A stretch of DNA of 64,000 bases from an uncultured candidate division Zixibacteria bacterium (GCA_963806185.1 CAWDXE010000007.1:448001-512000), one strand, 5' to 3'; counted from the stretch's first letter, positions 10,286 through 20,487 are shown. Notes: generated by a model from the sequence alone, not told the origin. Numbers and translations are program-made.

Positions 10286-11578
10286 GTGGATATGAGTGGC
10301 AAGACAATTCGCAAAGCATGGGTGGGTGGATTCGTGGCCCTGGTGCTTCTGGCCTTTGTCGTATCGGCAATGGCGGAAGAGGGTCGCGATCCTTCAAAAC
10401 CGATCAAGAATCTGCAATTCCAGGCGGCGGACATTCGCTCCGTACTGACGTTCCTGGCTGACTACGGCGGCGTCAATGTCGTCGTGTCGCCCAAGGTTCA
10501 GGGGACGGTAACGATCAAGTTGACCGATGTGTTGTGGCGTGACGCCATGAACATCATCGGCCGCACCTATGACCTGGCGGTCGTCGACGAGGCGTCGGGC
10601 TACATTCGCGTGATGCCGGCCGTGGAATATCGGCTTGAGCAGTCCGAAGAACGGAAGCACGACCAGGAGCAGCGTCAACTGGTACCGCTGGAAACGAAGA
10701 TCGTGACGATTTCGAATTCGACCTCCGGCGACATCGTGAAGTCGGTAAAGGGTCTGATGACCGAGCGCGGCGTTGCCATCAGCGACGAGCGGTCAAACTC
10801 GGTGATCATACAGGAAGTGCCGACCAACCTGCCGACGGTGCTCGGGTACATTTCAGAGCTGGACAAGCCGTCCAAGCAGATCAAGATTTCGACGCAGTTG
10901 GTGGAGCTGTCCACGAACAGCCTGGAAGAATACGGCGTCGACTGGACAGCCTCGGGCACGTATACCACCGAGAGCGGCCGGTCGTACAAGTCGACGGGCG
11001 AAGTGAAGACCGAGCGGTTGACGGACAATTCGGCCGGGTACAAGTTGACGGCGCTGCAGCACGGCTGGTCGGTTGAAGCCATCGTGCAGGCAATCGTGTC
11101 GAGCGGCAAGGGGAAAATTGTCGCGCATCCGGAGATCACGACGCTGGACAACAAAGAAGCGAAGATCCAGATGGGTCAGAAGGTGCCGGTGAAACAGTAT
11201 GACGAAGCCGGTAACGTGGTTATCAAGTTCGAACAGGTCGGCACAATTCTGACCGTGACGCCGCATATTACGGCGGAGAACCAGATTCTGATGTATCTGA
11301 AGCCGGAGCGGTCGACGTACGAGTTCGACGCGAACGGCGTGATCATCAACACCAATAACGCCGAGACGCACGTGATCGTGGCCAACGGACAGACGGCGGT
11401 GATCGGCGGCCTGACGACGCAGGACGAGACCCGGGACAAGATCGGGGTACCGTTCCTGAAGGACATTCCGATCGTCGGCATGTTGTTCTCGTATTCGCGG
11501 ACGCGGACAGAGAGCCGCGACCTGGTGATTTTCGTGACGCCGAATATCGTCGACGAGAATCTCGCGGTGAAGCCGTAA
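10286..11578 (+). CDS. pilQ: Type IV pilus secretin PilQ (short form, no AMIN domains)
   Basis: N0 domain 'ADIRSVL...NVVVSPKVQGTVT'; 'DERSNSVII'; secretin core 'GQTAVIGGL...GVPFLKDIPIVGMLF...IFVTPNI'. Confidence 0.92.
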   Translation: MDMSGKTIRKAWVGGFVALVLLAFVVSAMAEEGRDPSKPIKNLQFQAADIRSVLTFLADYGGVNVVVSPKVQGTVTIKLTDVLWRDAMNIIGRTYDLAVVDEASGYIRVMPAVEYRLEQSEERKHDQEQRQLVPLETKIVTISNSTSGDIVKSVKGLMTERGVAISDERSNSVIIQEVPTNLPTVLGYISELDKPSKQIKISTQLVELSTNSLEEYGVDWTASGTYTTESGRSYKSTGEVKTERLTDNSAGYKLTALQHGWSVEAIVQAIVSSGKGKIVAHPEITTLDNKEAKIQMGQKVPVKQYDEAGNVVIKFEQVGTILTVTPHITAENQILMYLKPERSTYEFDANGVIINTNNAETHVIVANGQTAVIGGLTTQDETRDKIGVPFLKDIPIVGMLFSYSRTRTESRDLVIFVTPNIVDENLAVKP

Positions 11579-11606
11579 GTCGAGACTGACGAATCATACC
11601 AGCCTG

Positions 11607-11637
11607 GCCCCCGATTCGGAGCGAATCGGGGGCTTTT
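11607..11637 (+). terminator. Intrinsic terminator
   Basis: GCCCCCGATTCG-GAG-CGAATCGGGGGC followed by TTTT. Confidence 0.8.
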
Positions 11638-11644
11638 CATTGGT

Positions 11645-11670
11645 TAAAAAAGCCGGTGAAGTGCCGATTA
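11645..11670 (+). promoter_or_regulatory. Sigma28-like promoter
   Basis: TAAA-N14-GCCGATTA upstream of the Ig-like lipoprotein gene. Confidence 0.45.
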
Positions 11671-11742
11671 ATACAGGGTGGAGACGGGTTCCCAAAAACG
11701 GTAAAAATGCAAGGTCTTTCGATAAACAACGAGGAAATGCGT

Positions 11743-13839
11743 ATGCGTACAAAAGGTCTGTGGCTGATCGGAATCATGGTACTGCTGGGCGGTATGCTGA
11801 TTCTGTCCGGCTGCGATTCGAGCAGCAGCTCGGATTCGCCCACGACGAACACGTTAATCGTGACGGCGAATCCAGGTTCAATTTCAACGAGCGGGTCATC
11901 GGTCGTTGAGGCAGTCATGATGAACGGCGCGACGCCGGTGGCGGGAGTGGACGTGGCGTTCACCGTGGCACCGTCGAGTGCCGGGTATTTTACACCGACA
12001 ACAGCCACGACTGACGCCGACGGCATAGCGGCGACTGTGTTCACCGCGCTGAACGAGGCGTCGGCGACCATCACGGCCACGGCCGCGACGGCATCGTTGA
12101 GCGACAACGCCAACCTGGTGATCTCGACAGAAGGCGGGGGCGGCAGCGGCACAGGTAACGTGACCGTGAGCGTCTCGCCGAGCCTGATCATCGCGGATGC
12201 CACTGATTCGGCCCAGGTGACGATCGCTGTGCGCGACGCTCTGGGCGCCACGGCTCCCGATTCGACGCTGGTGAAAGTGGTGGCGGGCGAAAAATTCGCA
12301 GATAATGACGGCAACGGGTACTGGACACAGGGAGTGGATTCGCTGCTTTTCGACGGTAACGAAAACAGCAGTTGGGACGCGATGGGTGTCATCGCTTCCA
12401 CCGTGAAGACGAAGAACGGCAACGGCAGCGCCACACTGTGGTTCAAGCCGGGGACGATCACCGGGACGGCCTACATTCGGGCAACGGTGTCCGACGGCGG
12501 AATCTCCGGGTATGGAGAAGCGTCGGTGCAGATTCGCCCCAACGCCGAAGTGTACTCGATTTATCTGATGTCCGACACCAACGTACTGCAGGTGCGGGCG
12601 ACGGGCGGGATAGAGACCGGGCTCATTCGCGCGACGCTGTACGACGTGTACGGCAACCTGATTCCGGAAGGAGTCGTGGTCAATTTTGCGATCGTCGACG
12701 GACCGGGCGGCGATGAGTGGATCGGTACGACGGCCGGCGATTCAGTCTACTCGGTGGCGACGGATGTGAGCGGCCGGGCGACGGCGCCGATTCATTCGGG
12801 CACGAAGTCGGGGACGATCCGGGTGCGTGCATGGTCCAACCTGGTACTGTCAAGCGCGACGCAGATTCTGGTCGCGTCCGGCCCGCCGAAGCATATCGTG
12901 GTCGGCGCCGAATTCTGCAATGTCGACTACTGGGATAATGTGGGACAACTGGTCAAAGTGGCGGCCGTGGTTTCGGATACCTTTATGAATCCTGTTCCTG
13001 ATTCGACAGTGGTGTATTTCACCTGCGATGAAGGGACGATGAAGGCGTATGAACTGCGGACGCTGGACCATGAGGGCATTGCCACGACGCTCTGGATATC
13101 CGGAACGAATATCGCCACGGCTGACGGGCGCGTGTATATCATTGCCGAGACGTACGGCGGCAAGGTTGCCGATACGAGCATGTTTTTCAACTCGCATATC
13201 TGTGACACGCTTATGGTGACCGGCGTGCCGGCCCAGATCTACGCCGACGGCGCGAGCAAGTACTCGATATCGGTGATTGGGCTGGACTTGAACGACAACC
13301 CGGTGGCCAATGCGACTGAGTTCAAAGCCGACGCCCGATTGATCGGTGTGACCGGCGGAACGCTGGGCGACGGATGCTATTCGTCGTGGGCAACTGTTAA
13401 GTTGACGGCGCCGACGCTTCAGGTCGACAACTCGAACCTGGGCGGCGTCGGAATCGACGACGGAATCGGCGACGTCGATCAACTGCTCTATTGGTCGGCG
13501 GGAGCCGTAACGCGAATCAATGTCACTCTGCAAACGGGGATGGCGTATGCGGGTAACAGTGATGTTGAGGGATCAACTTCAGCCTCCAACGGCGAGAACC
13601 TGAACTTCACCGTGACCGTCAAGGATCGTTGGGGCAACCCGCTGGCTGATCACACGATCACCCTGAGTTCGAGTTCGGGTACGGTGGTATCGGCAACGCA
13701 TGATACCGATCCGTATGGTGTTGCGAGCGGGTTCATTTGGACGGCCCCGGCTGCCGGGACCGGCGATTTCAATATCAACTTCACCGACAGCGATCCGCGC
13801 GGCAGTATAGCGCTCTCGCACAAGGTGTCCATAAACTAG
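11743..13839 (+). CDS. Surface lipoprotein with multiple Big_1/invasin-type Ig-like domains
   Basis: Lipobox LSG|C; repeated 'V.D..GNP......V.F' and 'TD..G.A' Big_1 motifs; GAGGA SD. Confidence 0.8.
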   Translation: MRTKGLWLIGIMVLLGGMLILSGCDSSSSSDSPTTNTLIVTANPGSISTSGSSVVEAVMMNGATPVAGVDVAFTVAPSSAGYFTPTTATTDADGIAATVFTALNEASATITATAATASLSDNANLVISTEGGGGSGTGNVTVSVSPSLIIADATDSAQVTIAVRDALGATAPDSTLVKVVAGEKFADNDGNGYWTQGVDSLLFDGNENSSWDAMGVIASTVKTKNGNGSATLWFKPGTITGTAYIRATVSDGGISGYGEASVQIRPNAEVYSIYLMSDTNVLQVRATGGIETGLIRATLYDVYGNLIPEGVVVNFAIVDGPGGDEWIGTTAGDSVYSVATDVSGRATAPIHSGTKSGTIRVRAWSNLVLSSATQILVASGPPKHIVVGAEFCNVDYWDNVGQLVKVAAVVSDTFMNPVPDSTVVYFTCDEGTMKAYELRTLDHEGIATTLWISGTNIATADGRVYIIAETYGGKVADTSMFFNSHICDTLMVTGVPAQIYADGASKYSISVIGLDLNDNPVANATEFKADARLIGVTGGTLGDGCYSSWATVKLTAPTLQVDNSNLGGVGIDDGIGDVDQLLYWSAGAVTRINVTLQTGMAYAGNSDVEGSTSASNGENLNFTVTVKDRWGNPLADHTITLSSSSGTVVSATHDTDPYGVASGFIWTAPAAGTGDFNINFTDSDPRGSIALSHKVSIN

Positions 13840-13867
13840 TCTACCGTCTCTTATTTGCACTTCGTAA

Positions 13868-13909
13868 TCGCCGGCGCGTCCGCCAACAGACGCGCCGGCG
13901 ACTTCATTT
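13868..13909 (+). terminator. Probable terminator hairpin
   Basis: TCGCCGGCGCGTC/GACGCGCCGGCGA 13-bp stem followed by CTTCATTT. Confidence 0.6.
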
Positions 13910-13971
13910 GGGGAGGCGGCATGGTGCGCTTTCCTCTTTTACCGATTACTGTTTTCTGATACATTAGCAGA

Positions 13972-15675
13972 ATGCAGAAGATAGGGCAACGAGCGGTCAT
14001 TACCGGGCCGGGCAACCTGTTTGCTGAATTCGAACGGGCGGCGCGAGCGCGGCCGGATCGGGTGGCGATCAGAGCGGCCGGTGGTCGAGGCAGGCAATAC
14101 ACTTACGGGGAGATGCTGGCAGTCATTTCCGGCTTAGCGGACGTGTTGTCAGAGTCGCCGTATGCCGCGCAGAACCGGATCGGACTGCTGGCGGAGAACC
14201 GGGCGGAATGGCCGATGGCCTACCTGGCGATTCTGGCGGCAGGCAAGACGGTGGTGCCGATCGACGCCAATTTGAAGCCGAAGGAGATTGCGCACATTGT
14301 CGCCCACGCCGGTTTGCGGGTGATGTTCGCCTCGGCGGCATTTCACGCGCTGTTGGCAGAGCGGCATTCGGACATACTGGTGCTGTCGATGGATGAGATG
14401 TTCGGCGGGATATCGGCCACAGTACCGGCGTCGCCAGTCACGACAGAAGAGCGGATGGAATGGACAGAACCGGCAGTACTCATCTATACTTCGGGGACGA
14501 TGGGTGACCCGAAGGCGGTGATGCTCACGCATGCCAATTTGCTGTCCAATCTTGACGGGGTCGCGCGGGCTCTGCATTTCGGGGAGGGGGATATATTTCT
14601 GTCCGTGTTGCCGCTCAATCATGCCTTTGAGGCGACCTGTGGATTTTTGTCGCCGCTCACGCGGGGATCGACGGTAGCCTATGCCCGATCGCTGAAGTCC
14701 AAGGAGATTCTGGAAGATATTGCTCACAACGGCGTGACGATCATGTGCGGAGTACCGCTGTTGTTCGAGAAGATGTACCAGGCGATGCAGCGGGGGATTG
14801 CCTCGGCGCCGATGTATCGACGAGTGTTGTTCAAGTTACTCTGGGTGCTCTCGGCATTGGGCTGGAAACTGGGCTGGAAATGGGGCAAGGAGCTGTACCG
14901 GCCGTTGCGCCGGAAGGCGGGCTTGTCGTCGGTGCGGCTGCTGGTGTCGGGAGGGGCGGCGGTTTCGCCGGCGATCGGGCGATTTTTCAATTACCTGGGG
15001 ATTGATTTCGTGCAGGGGTACGGACTGACGGAGTGCGCGCCGGTGATTTCCGTAAATCGGCTGGACGACATTAAGTTTGGTTCGATTGGTACGGCGTTGG
15101 ATAATCTGGAAGTGAAGATCGTTGACATGAATGAAGAGGGGGAAGGAGAAATCTTCGTCCGAGGCGAGGCGGTGACGCCGGGGTATTGGGAGAATCCGAA
15201 CAAGACGGCCGAGTTGATTCGTGACGGATGGCTGCACACCGGCGATCTGGGGCGGGAGCATGATGGACACCTCTGGATTACGGGGCGGGCGAAAAACGTG
15301 ATCGTGTCGGCGGCAGGAAAGAACATTCATCCGGAAGAACTCGAGGAGCGGCTGAACGAGCAATTGTTGATCGGCGAGTCGGTGGTGTTCGGTCAACGCA
15401 AAGAGGGGCGGCAGGGAGAAGAGGTGCGGGCGATCATCGTGCCCGACTTTGAGCAGTTCCGGCTTGAGTTTGGCATGGAGGTGGAGCGGCCGAATGAGGT
15501 ATTGATCGCATCGGCTCTGGAGAAGTGCGTAGCTGACGTGAATGATCATCTGGCCGGGTACAAGCGAATTGTGGGGTATACGGTGCAGATGCAGGAACTG
15601 GACAAGACTTCGACGAAAAAGGTGCGTCGGACTGTATACAACAGGCGAGAGGGATCGCCGGGGGGGATGAAATAG
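13972..15675 (+). CDS. Long-chain fatty acid--CoA ligase (AMP-binding enzyme)
   Basis: IYTSGTMGDPK, QGYGLTE, WLHTGDLG and GRAKNVIV...GKNI.PEE motifs. Confidence 0.9.
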   Translation: MQKIGQRAVITGPGNLFAEFERAARARPDRVAIRAAGGRGRQYTYGEMLAVISGLADVLSESPYAAQNRIGLLAENRAEWPMAYLAILAAGKTVVPIDANLKPKEIAHIVAHAGLRVMFASAAFHALLAERHSDILVLSMDEMFGGISATVPASPVTTEERMEWTEPAVLIYTSGTMGDPKAVMLTHANLLSNLDGVARALHFGEGDIFLSVLPLNHAFEATCGFLSPLTRGSTVAYARSLKSKEILEDIAHNGVTIMCGVPLLFEKMYQAMQRGIASAPMYRRVLFKLLWVLSALGWKLGWKWGKELYRPLRRKAGLSSVRLLVSGGAAVSPAIGRFFNYLGIDFVQGYGLTECAPVISVNRLDDIKFGSIGTALDNLEVKIVDMNEEGEGEIFVRGEAVTPGYWENPNKTAELIRDGWLHTGDLGREHDGHLWITGRAKNVIVSAAGKNIHPEELEERLNEQLLIGESVVFGQRKEGRQGEEVRAIIVPDFEQFRLEFGMEVERPNEVLIASALEKCVADVNDHLAGYKRIVGYTVQMQELDKTSTKKVRRTVYNRREGSPGGMK

Positions 15676-15678
15676 CAA

Positions 15679-16098
15679 ATGGTGAACACGCAGGCGATAG
15701 AATTTGACACGGCACCGGGAGAGATTATCGATATCACGCCGGAGCTTCAGCGGGCGATCGATCAGTCGGCCATAGAGTCGGGGATTGTGGTGGCGTTTGT
15801 ACCGGGGTCGACAGCCGGGTTGACGACGATGGAATATGAGGACGGGTTGGTGGCCGATCTGGCGAAATGGCTCGAGCAGGTGATTCCCTCGGGAGGGCAG
15901 TATCATCACAATGACAAGTGGAAAGACGGGAACGGGTACTCGCATCTGCGAGCGGCGCTGCTCGGGCCGGATGTGACGGTACCGTTCGTGAACCGGACGT
16001 TGATACTCGGAGAGTGGCAGCAGGTGGTACTGGTGGAGTGCGATAATCGTCAGCGGACGCGCCGGGTGGTGTTTCAAATCATGGGGGAGCAGGCGTGA
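15679..16098 (+). CDS. yjbQ: YjbQ/UPF0047 family protein
   Basis: GSTAGLTTMEYE, YHHN...DGNGYSHLRA and LGEWQQVVLVE motifs. Confidence 0.88.
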   Translation: MVNTQAIEFDTAPGEIIDITPELQRAIDQSAIESGIVVAFVPGSTAGLTTMEYEDGLVADLAKWLEQVIPSGGQYHHNDKWKDGNGYSHLRAALLGPDVTVPFVNRTLILGEWQQVVLVECDNRQRTRRVVFQIMGEQA

Positions 16099-17102
16099 TG
16101 GTCAAAGCTCTGGAGCGAGTGGGCGACAAGCTGAGATTGCTGGATCAGACCAGGCTGCCGGCGGAGACGATCTACCGTGAGTTGGACGACTACCAGGAGA
16201 TCATCGGGGCGATCAAACGGCTCGAGGTCCGGGGAGCGCCGGCCATTGGGATAGCGGCGGCGTATGGCGTGGCGGTGGGCGTGAGGCAAGTGGGGAAGTT
16301 CGACGATGCGGCGGTCGACAAGATAATCGGGGAGATCCGGGCGGCGCGGCCGACGGCGGTCAACCTGTTCTGGGCGTTGGATAGAGTGCGGGACGCTTAC
16401 CAAAAGGGGAGGCCGAGTTCGCTGGAGGCGGCCCTCGCGCTGCTCTGGCGGGAGGCGGAGGCGATTCACCACGAAGATGAAGAAATGTGCCGGCGGATCG
16501 GGCGGAATGGGGCGGAACTGGTTCGAGACGGCGACGTGATATTGACGCACTGCAATACCGGGGCGTTGGCGACGGGCGGGATTGGGACGGCGCTGGGGGT
16601 TATCTATACTGCGGTTGAGCAGGGGAAGAAGATTTGCGTCTATGCGGACGAAACGCGGCCGCTCTTGCAGGGGGCGCGGCTGACGGCGTGGGAGTTGAAA
16701 GAAGCAGGGATTCCGGTCACGCTGATTTGCGATTCGGTGGCGGGGATGTTGATGGCTCAGGGAAAAATCAAGATAGCGATTGTCGGGGCCGATCGAATTG
16801 CGCGGAATGGAGACACGGCGAACAAAATCGGCACTTACTCAGTGGCGGTGCTGGCAAAGGAGCATGGGGTTCCGTTTTACGTGGCGGCGCCGACGTCGAC
16901 GTTTGATCCCGGGATTGCGACCGGCGAGGAAATTGTGATCGAAGAACGGGGAGAGGCCGAAGTGACCGAGGGGTTTGGCAAACGGACGGCTCCGCAGGGA
17001 GTCGTGGTCTATGCGCCGGCGTTTGATGTCACGCCAAACCGTTTGATAAGCGGCTTCATCACCGATCAGGGGATTCGGCCGGGCGGCCGGGTCAAGGGGT
17101 GA
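16095..17102 (+). CDS. mtnA: S-methyl-5-thioribose-1-phosphate isomerase
   Basis: VRGAPAIG, RPTAVNL, LTHCNTGALAT, ETRPLLQGARLTAWEL and NGDTANKIG motifs. Confidence 0.96.
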   Translation: MMVKALERVGDKLRLLDQTRLPAETIYRELDDYQEIIGAIKRLEVRGAPAIGIAAAYGVAVGVRQVGKFDDAAVDKIIGEIRAARPTAVNLFWALDRVRDAYQKGRPSSLEAALALLWREAEAIHHEDEEMCRRIGRNGAELVRDGDVILTHCNTGALATGGIGTALGVIYTAVEQGKKICVYADETRPLLQGARLTAWELKEAGIPVTLICDSVAGMLMAQGKIKIAIVGADRIARNGDTANKIGTYSVAVLAKEHGVPFYVAAPTSTFDPGIATGEEIVIEERGEAEVTEGFGKRTAPQGVVVYAPAFDVTPNRLISGFITDQGIRPGGRVKG

Positions 17103-17198
17103 TCGAAAGAGAGGGCGGATCGGAAGGATGTGGTTCGGGAATCATCCTGCCGATACCATAAGGATAGGGTTGGATGTCAGGGAGTCGGTGACCAATCA

Positions 17199-17825
17199 AT
17201 GAAGTCCAAGACGCGACGGCAATTGCGGGCGGCGGTTTCGGCCGTCCTTGATCTATTTTCACCTCAGCCGATCACGGTGCCGGCGCCGGCGACGATGCAC
17301 ACGCGCATTCTCGAAGAGGGGCGCGAGGTGGCGGTGCGCGCGACGCAGTTTTTGCCGGTTCCGAAGGCGACGGCCTTGCCCAGCGCGGTCGATTTGTATG
17401 CGATGTTCGACCGGTTCAATCTGACGTATTTCGCGGGGAGTCTGCCGAGAGTGACGATTCTGTATTCGGAGCGGATGAGTTCGGCCGGTTCGTACACGCC
17501 GCGCCAGAAGCTGATTCGGATCGGGCGAAAGTACCATGAGATTTTCCCGGAAGAGATTGCCGACACGCTGAAGCACGAGATGATCCACATCAAGCACTTC
17601 AAGCACAACGCGGCGTTCAAGAGGGAAGCGAAGCGGGTGGGGGCGTCGGTGCAGGCCAATTATCATCCGTCGCTTCACAAAGCGCCACGGTTTGTGTATG
17701 CCTGTCCGACCTGCGGGAAAGAGTATAATCGGCAGAAGGTTCTGCGGATGGCATCGTGCGGCGATTGCACGAAAGGGAAGCGGTTTGATCCGCGTTATAA
17801 GCTCGTGAGGAAGAAGAACGCGTGA
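17199..17825 (+). CDS. SprT-like zinc metalloprotease domain protein
   Basis: TLKHEMIH (HExxH), downstream His, and a C-terminal CxxC...CxxC Zn ribbon. Confidence 0.85.
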   Translation: MKSKTRRQLRAAVSAVLDLFSPQPITVPAPATMHTRILEEGREVAVRATQFLPVPKATALPSAVDLYAMFDRFNLTYFAGSLPRVTILYSERMSSAGSYTPRQKLIRIGRKYHEIFPEEIADTLKHEMIHIKHFKHNAAFKREAKRVGASVQANYHPSLHKAPRFVYACPTCGKEYNRQKVLRMASCGDCTKGKRFDPRYKLVRKKNA

Positions 17826-18033
17826 CGGAGAGAGAGCAGCCACAGAACAGATGAACAGCAGAGGGCAGAGCGAGGTCGCTCTGCCTTTATTGTTTGGGCA
17901 GCGGCGGAGTTTACGTCGAAGCGGAGACTGCGGAACCGGCGGATAGATAAGTTGTTGTAAGAGAGTGGCTTGATGATGTGTCGGCGGGGTGGCGGTATTT
18001 GCGGAATGGTTGTACTAAAATGGCAGGCAACAC

Positions 18034-18061
18034 TTGACAAACGGTCTCTGGCGCATATATT
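18034..18061 (+). promoter_or_regulatory. Putative sigma70 promoter of the rplM operon
   Basis: TTGACA-N16-TATATT. Confidence 0.55.
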
Positions 18062-18109
18062 TGAAGGCTTTTCTGGATGTTGAAACAACCCAGTAGGTTA
18101 GGTAGAGTG

Positions 18110-18541
18110 ATGAAAACGTTTCTTCCCACAATCGACCCGAATGGGCGGAAGTGGTACGTAGTCGACATGGAGGGCCAGACGCTCGGGCGGGTGGCGATTA
18201 AGGTGGCGTGTATCTTGCGGGGCAAGAACAAGCCGATCTTTACGCCGCACATCGACACTGGTGATCATGTGATTATAGTAAACGCGGCTTCCCTGAAGGT
18301 AACGGGCGCGAAGATGCAGGGGTTGAAGTATTACAACTACAGTGGGTATCCAGGTGGTTTGCGGACCCAGACGCTGGAAGAGCGTTTGAAGAAGAGTCCG
18401 GCGCGCCTGGTCGAGCACACGGTGTGGCGTATGCTTCCGAAGACGCGTCTAGGGCGCAAGATGATCAAAAAGTTACATGTCTATCCCGGGGCTGAGCATC
18501 CGCACAAGGCGCAGCGTCCGGAGAAACTTCAATTGCGGTAA
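18110..18541 (+). CDS. rplM: 50S ribosomal protein L13
   Basis: WYVVD...LGR.A...LRGKNKP.FTPH.DTGD; YSGYPGG; HPHKAQ. Confidence 0.98.
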   Translation: MKTFLPTIDPNGRKWYVVDMEGQTLGRVAIKVACILRGKNKPIFTPHIDTGDHVIIVNAASLKVTGAKMQGLKYYNYSGYPGGLRTQTLEERLKKSPARLVEHTVWRMLPKTRLGRKMIKKLHVYPGAEHPHKAQRPEKLQLR

Positions 18542-18553
18542 TCTGTGAGGGAT

Positions 18554-18958
18554 ATGTCAGCGACAGCAACTTCTGAGAAGTATGAAGCGACCGGACGCCG
18601 GAAAGAGGCGACTGCGCGCGTGCATGTCGTGCCGGGCAAGGGGAATGTCTCCGTCAACGGCAAAGGCATTCACGAGTACCTGGCACGCGAGACGTTGGTC
18701 GATCACGCCCAGCGGCCGTTGGTGGCGACAAACACCATAGGTCAGTTGGACGTGCATTGTTTTGCCAACGGCGGCGGGTTGTCGGGTCAGGCGGGTGCGA
18801 TTCGCATGGCGATAGCGCGCGCCCTGGTCAAACTCAATCCGAGCTCGCACCAACTGCTGCGTCGGGAAGGTCTTTTGACCCGTGACCCGCGCGTCGTGGA
18901 GCGCAAGAAGTACGGTCGTCCGAAAGCGCGCAAACGCTTCCAGTATTCGAAGCGGTAG
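18554..18958 (+). CDS. rpsI: 30S ribosomal protein S9
   Basis: TGRRKEA; GGGLSGQAGAIR; RDPRVVERKKYG...QYSKR. Confidence 0.98.
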   Translation: MSATATSEKYEATGRRKEATARVHVVPGKGNVSVNGKGIHEYLARETLVDHAQRPLVATNTIGQLDVHCFANGGGLSGQAGAIRMAIARALVKLNPSSHQLLRREGLLTRDPRVVERKKYGRPKARKRFQYSKR

Positions 18959-19080
18959 GCGCGGGATGATCCCCGCCTTAGCGGCGGGGAAATGGCAATC
19001 CTGACCGACCTGGTGAACGGTCCCGATCGGGTTTCCACCGGGGAAGACGTCAGGGTAAAGGTAAACCGAGGTATAAGGAA
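18959..19080 (+). promoter_or_regulatory. Structured rpsB 5' leader (candidate S2 autoregulatory RNA)
   Basis: Hairpin CCCCGCC/GGCGGGG and long-range pair CCTGAC/GTCAGG in the 125-nt rpsI-rpsB spacer; rpsB leaders are known autoregulatory elements. Confidence 0.5.
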
Positions 19081-19084
19081 TCGT

Positions 19085-19870
19085 ATGATCACACCAAAGG
19101 TACGCGAATTTCTGGAAGCGGGTGTTCATTTCGGCCATCAGACGCGCCGATGGAACCCGAAGATGAAGCCGTTCATATTTGCCGCGCGCAACGGCATTTA
19201 CATTATCGATCTGCAGAAGACGATCAACGCCCTCGAGCAGGCCAAGCGCAAAGTGCGCGAGGTGGTGCAGGGAGGCAAGTCGATCTTGTTTGTCGGCACC
19301 AAGAAGCAGGCGCGCGAGGTCATTCTGGAAGAGGCGCCGAAATGCCGCGGGTTCTACGTCACGGAGCGCTGGCTGGGCGGGATGCTCACCAACTTCAACA
19401 CGATCAAGAACTCGATCAAGAAGCTCAAAGATATCGAGAAGATGCGCGAAGACGGCACGCTCGAAAAATTCACGAAAAAAGAGCGTGCCATGATGGAGAA
19501 CGAGGCCGCCAAGCTGACCGAAATTCTGGGCGGCATCAAAGAGATGAATTACCTGCCCGGACTGATGATCGTCGTCGACGCCAAGAAAGAGAAGATCGCG
19601 GTCGCGGAAGCCAAGAAGCTCGGCATTCCGATCATCGCGATTCTCGACACCAACGCCGATCCGGATCCGATCGATTTTCCGATCGCGGCCAACGACGACG
19701 CGATCAAGTCGATTCGCCTGATTTTGCGCGAGCTGGTGCAGGCGGCGTTGGATGCAAAGGGGAACGTCAACCAGGCAATGATCGAAGCGGCGGTTGAGGC
19801 CGAGCGCGGGATGCCGCTGTCGACCTACGTGTCAATCGAAGATAAGCCCAAGGGCGAGAGCGCTGAATAA
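19085..19870 (+). CDS. rpsB: 30S ribosomal protein S2
   Basis: EAGVHFGHQTRRWNPKM; RWLGGMLTNF; DTNADP...NDDAI. Confidence 0.98.
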   Translation: MITPKVREFLEAGVHFGHQTRRWNPKMKPFIFAARNGIYIIDLQKTINALEQAKRKVREVVQGGKSILFVGTKKQAREVILEEAPKCRGFYVTERWLGGMLTNFNTIKNSIKKLKDIEKMREDGTLEKFTKKERAMMENEAAKLTEILGGIKEMNYLPGLMIVVDAKKEKIAVAEAKKLGIPIIAILDTNADPDPIDFPIAANDDAIKSIRLILRELVQAALDAKGNVNQAMIEAAVEAERGMPLSTYVSIEDKPKGESAE

Positions 19871-19893
19871 CGAGACAGGATTATTTCGGACCT

Positions 19894-20487
19894 ATGGATA
19901 TAAATGCAAAGTTGGTAAAGGAACTCCGCGACCAGACGGGCGCGGGGATGATGGACTGCAAGAAGGCGTTGGCGGAAGCGAATGGCGACGTCGAAAAAGC
20001 GGTGCAGGTGCTGCGCGAGCGCGGCATTGCCAAGGCCGCCTCGAAAGAAGGGCGGGCAACGTCGGAAGGAATTATTTCCACGTACATTCACCCCGGTGAC
20101 AAGCTGGGCGTATTGGTGGAAGTGAACTGCGAGACCGATTTCGTAGCGCGCACCGATCAGTTCCGGACGTTTGTGCGCGACGTGGCGATGCAGATCGCCG
20201 CGACCAATCCGCAGGCGGTTCGTCGTGAGGATCTGAATCAGGACATGGTCGCCGGCGAGCGGAATATTTTCAAGCACCAGGTAGAGAACGAGAAGAAGCC
20301 GGCCAACATCATCGATAAGATCGTGGACGGCAAGATGGAGAAGTATTTCGCCGAAACCGTTCTACTGGAACAGGCCTTTGTCAAGGACAATGACCGGACC
20401 ATTCAGGATCTGGTGAAAGCGACAGTGGCGTCGCTGGGCGAGAATATCCAGATCAAGCGGTTCGTCCGCTTCCGTCTTGGTGAGTGA
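19894..20487 (+). CDS. tsf: Elongation factor Ts (short, 197-aa type)
   Basis: VKELRDQTGAGMMDCKKAL; EVNCETDFVA. Confidence 0.98.
   Translation: MDINAKLVKELRDQTGAGMMDCKKALAEANGDVEKAVQVLRERGIAKAASKEGRATSEGIISTYIHPGDKLGVLVEVNCETDFVARTDQFRTFVRDVAMQIAATNPQAVRREDLNQDMVAGERNIFKHQVENEKKPANIIDKIVDGKMEKYFAETVLLEQAFVKDNDRTIQDLVKATVASLGENIQIKRFVRFRLGE

Noticed and set aside
19894..20487. Short EF-Ts as a truncation
   Set aside because: EF-Ts of about 200 aa is a known natural form (for example in Thermus); motifs and operon context are intact.
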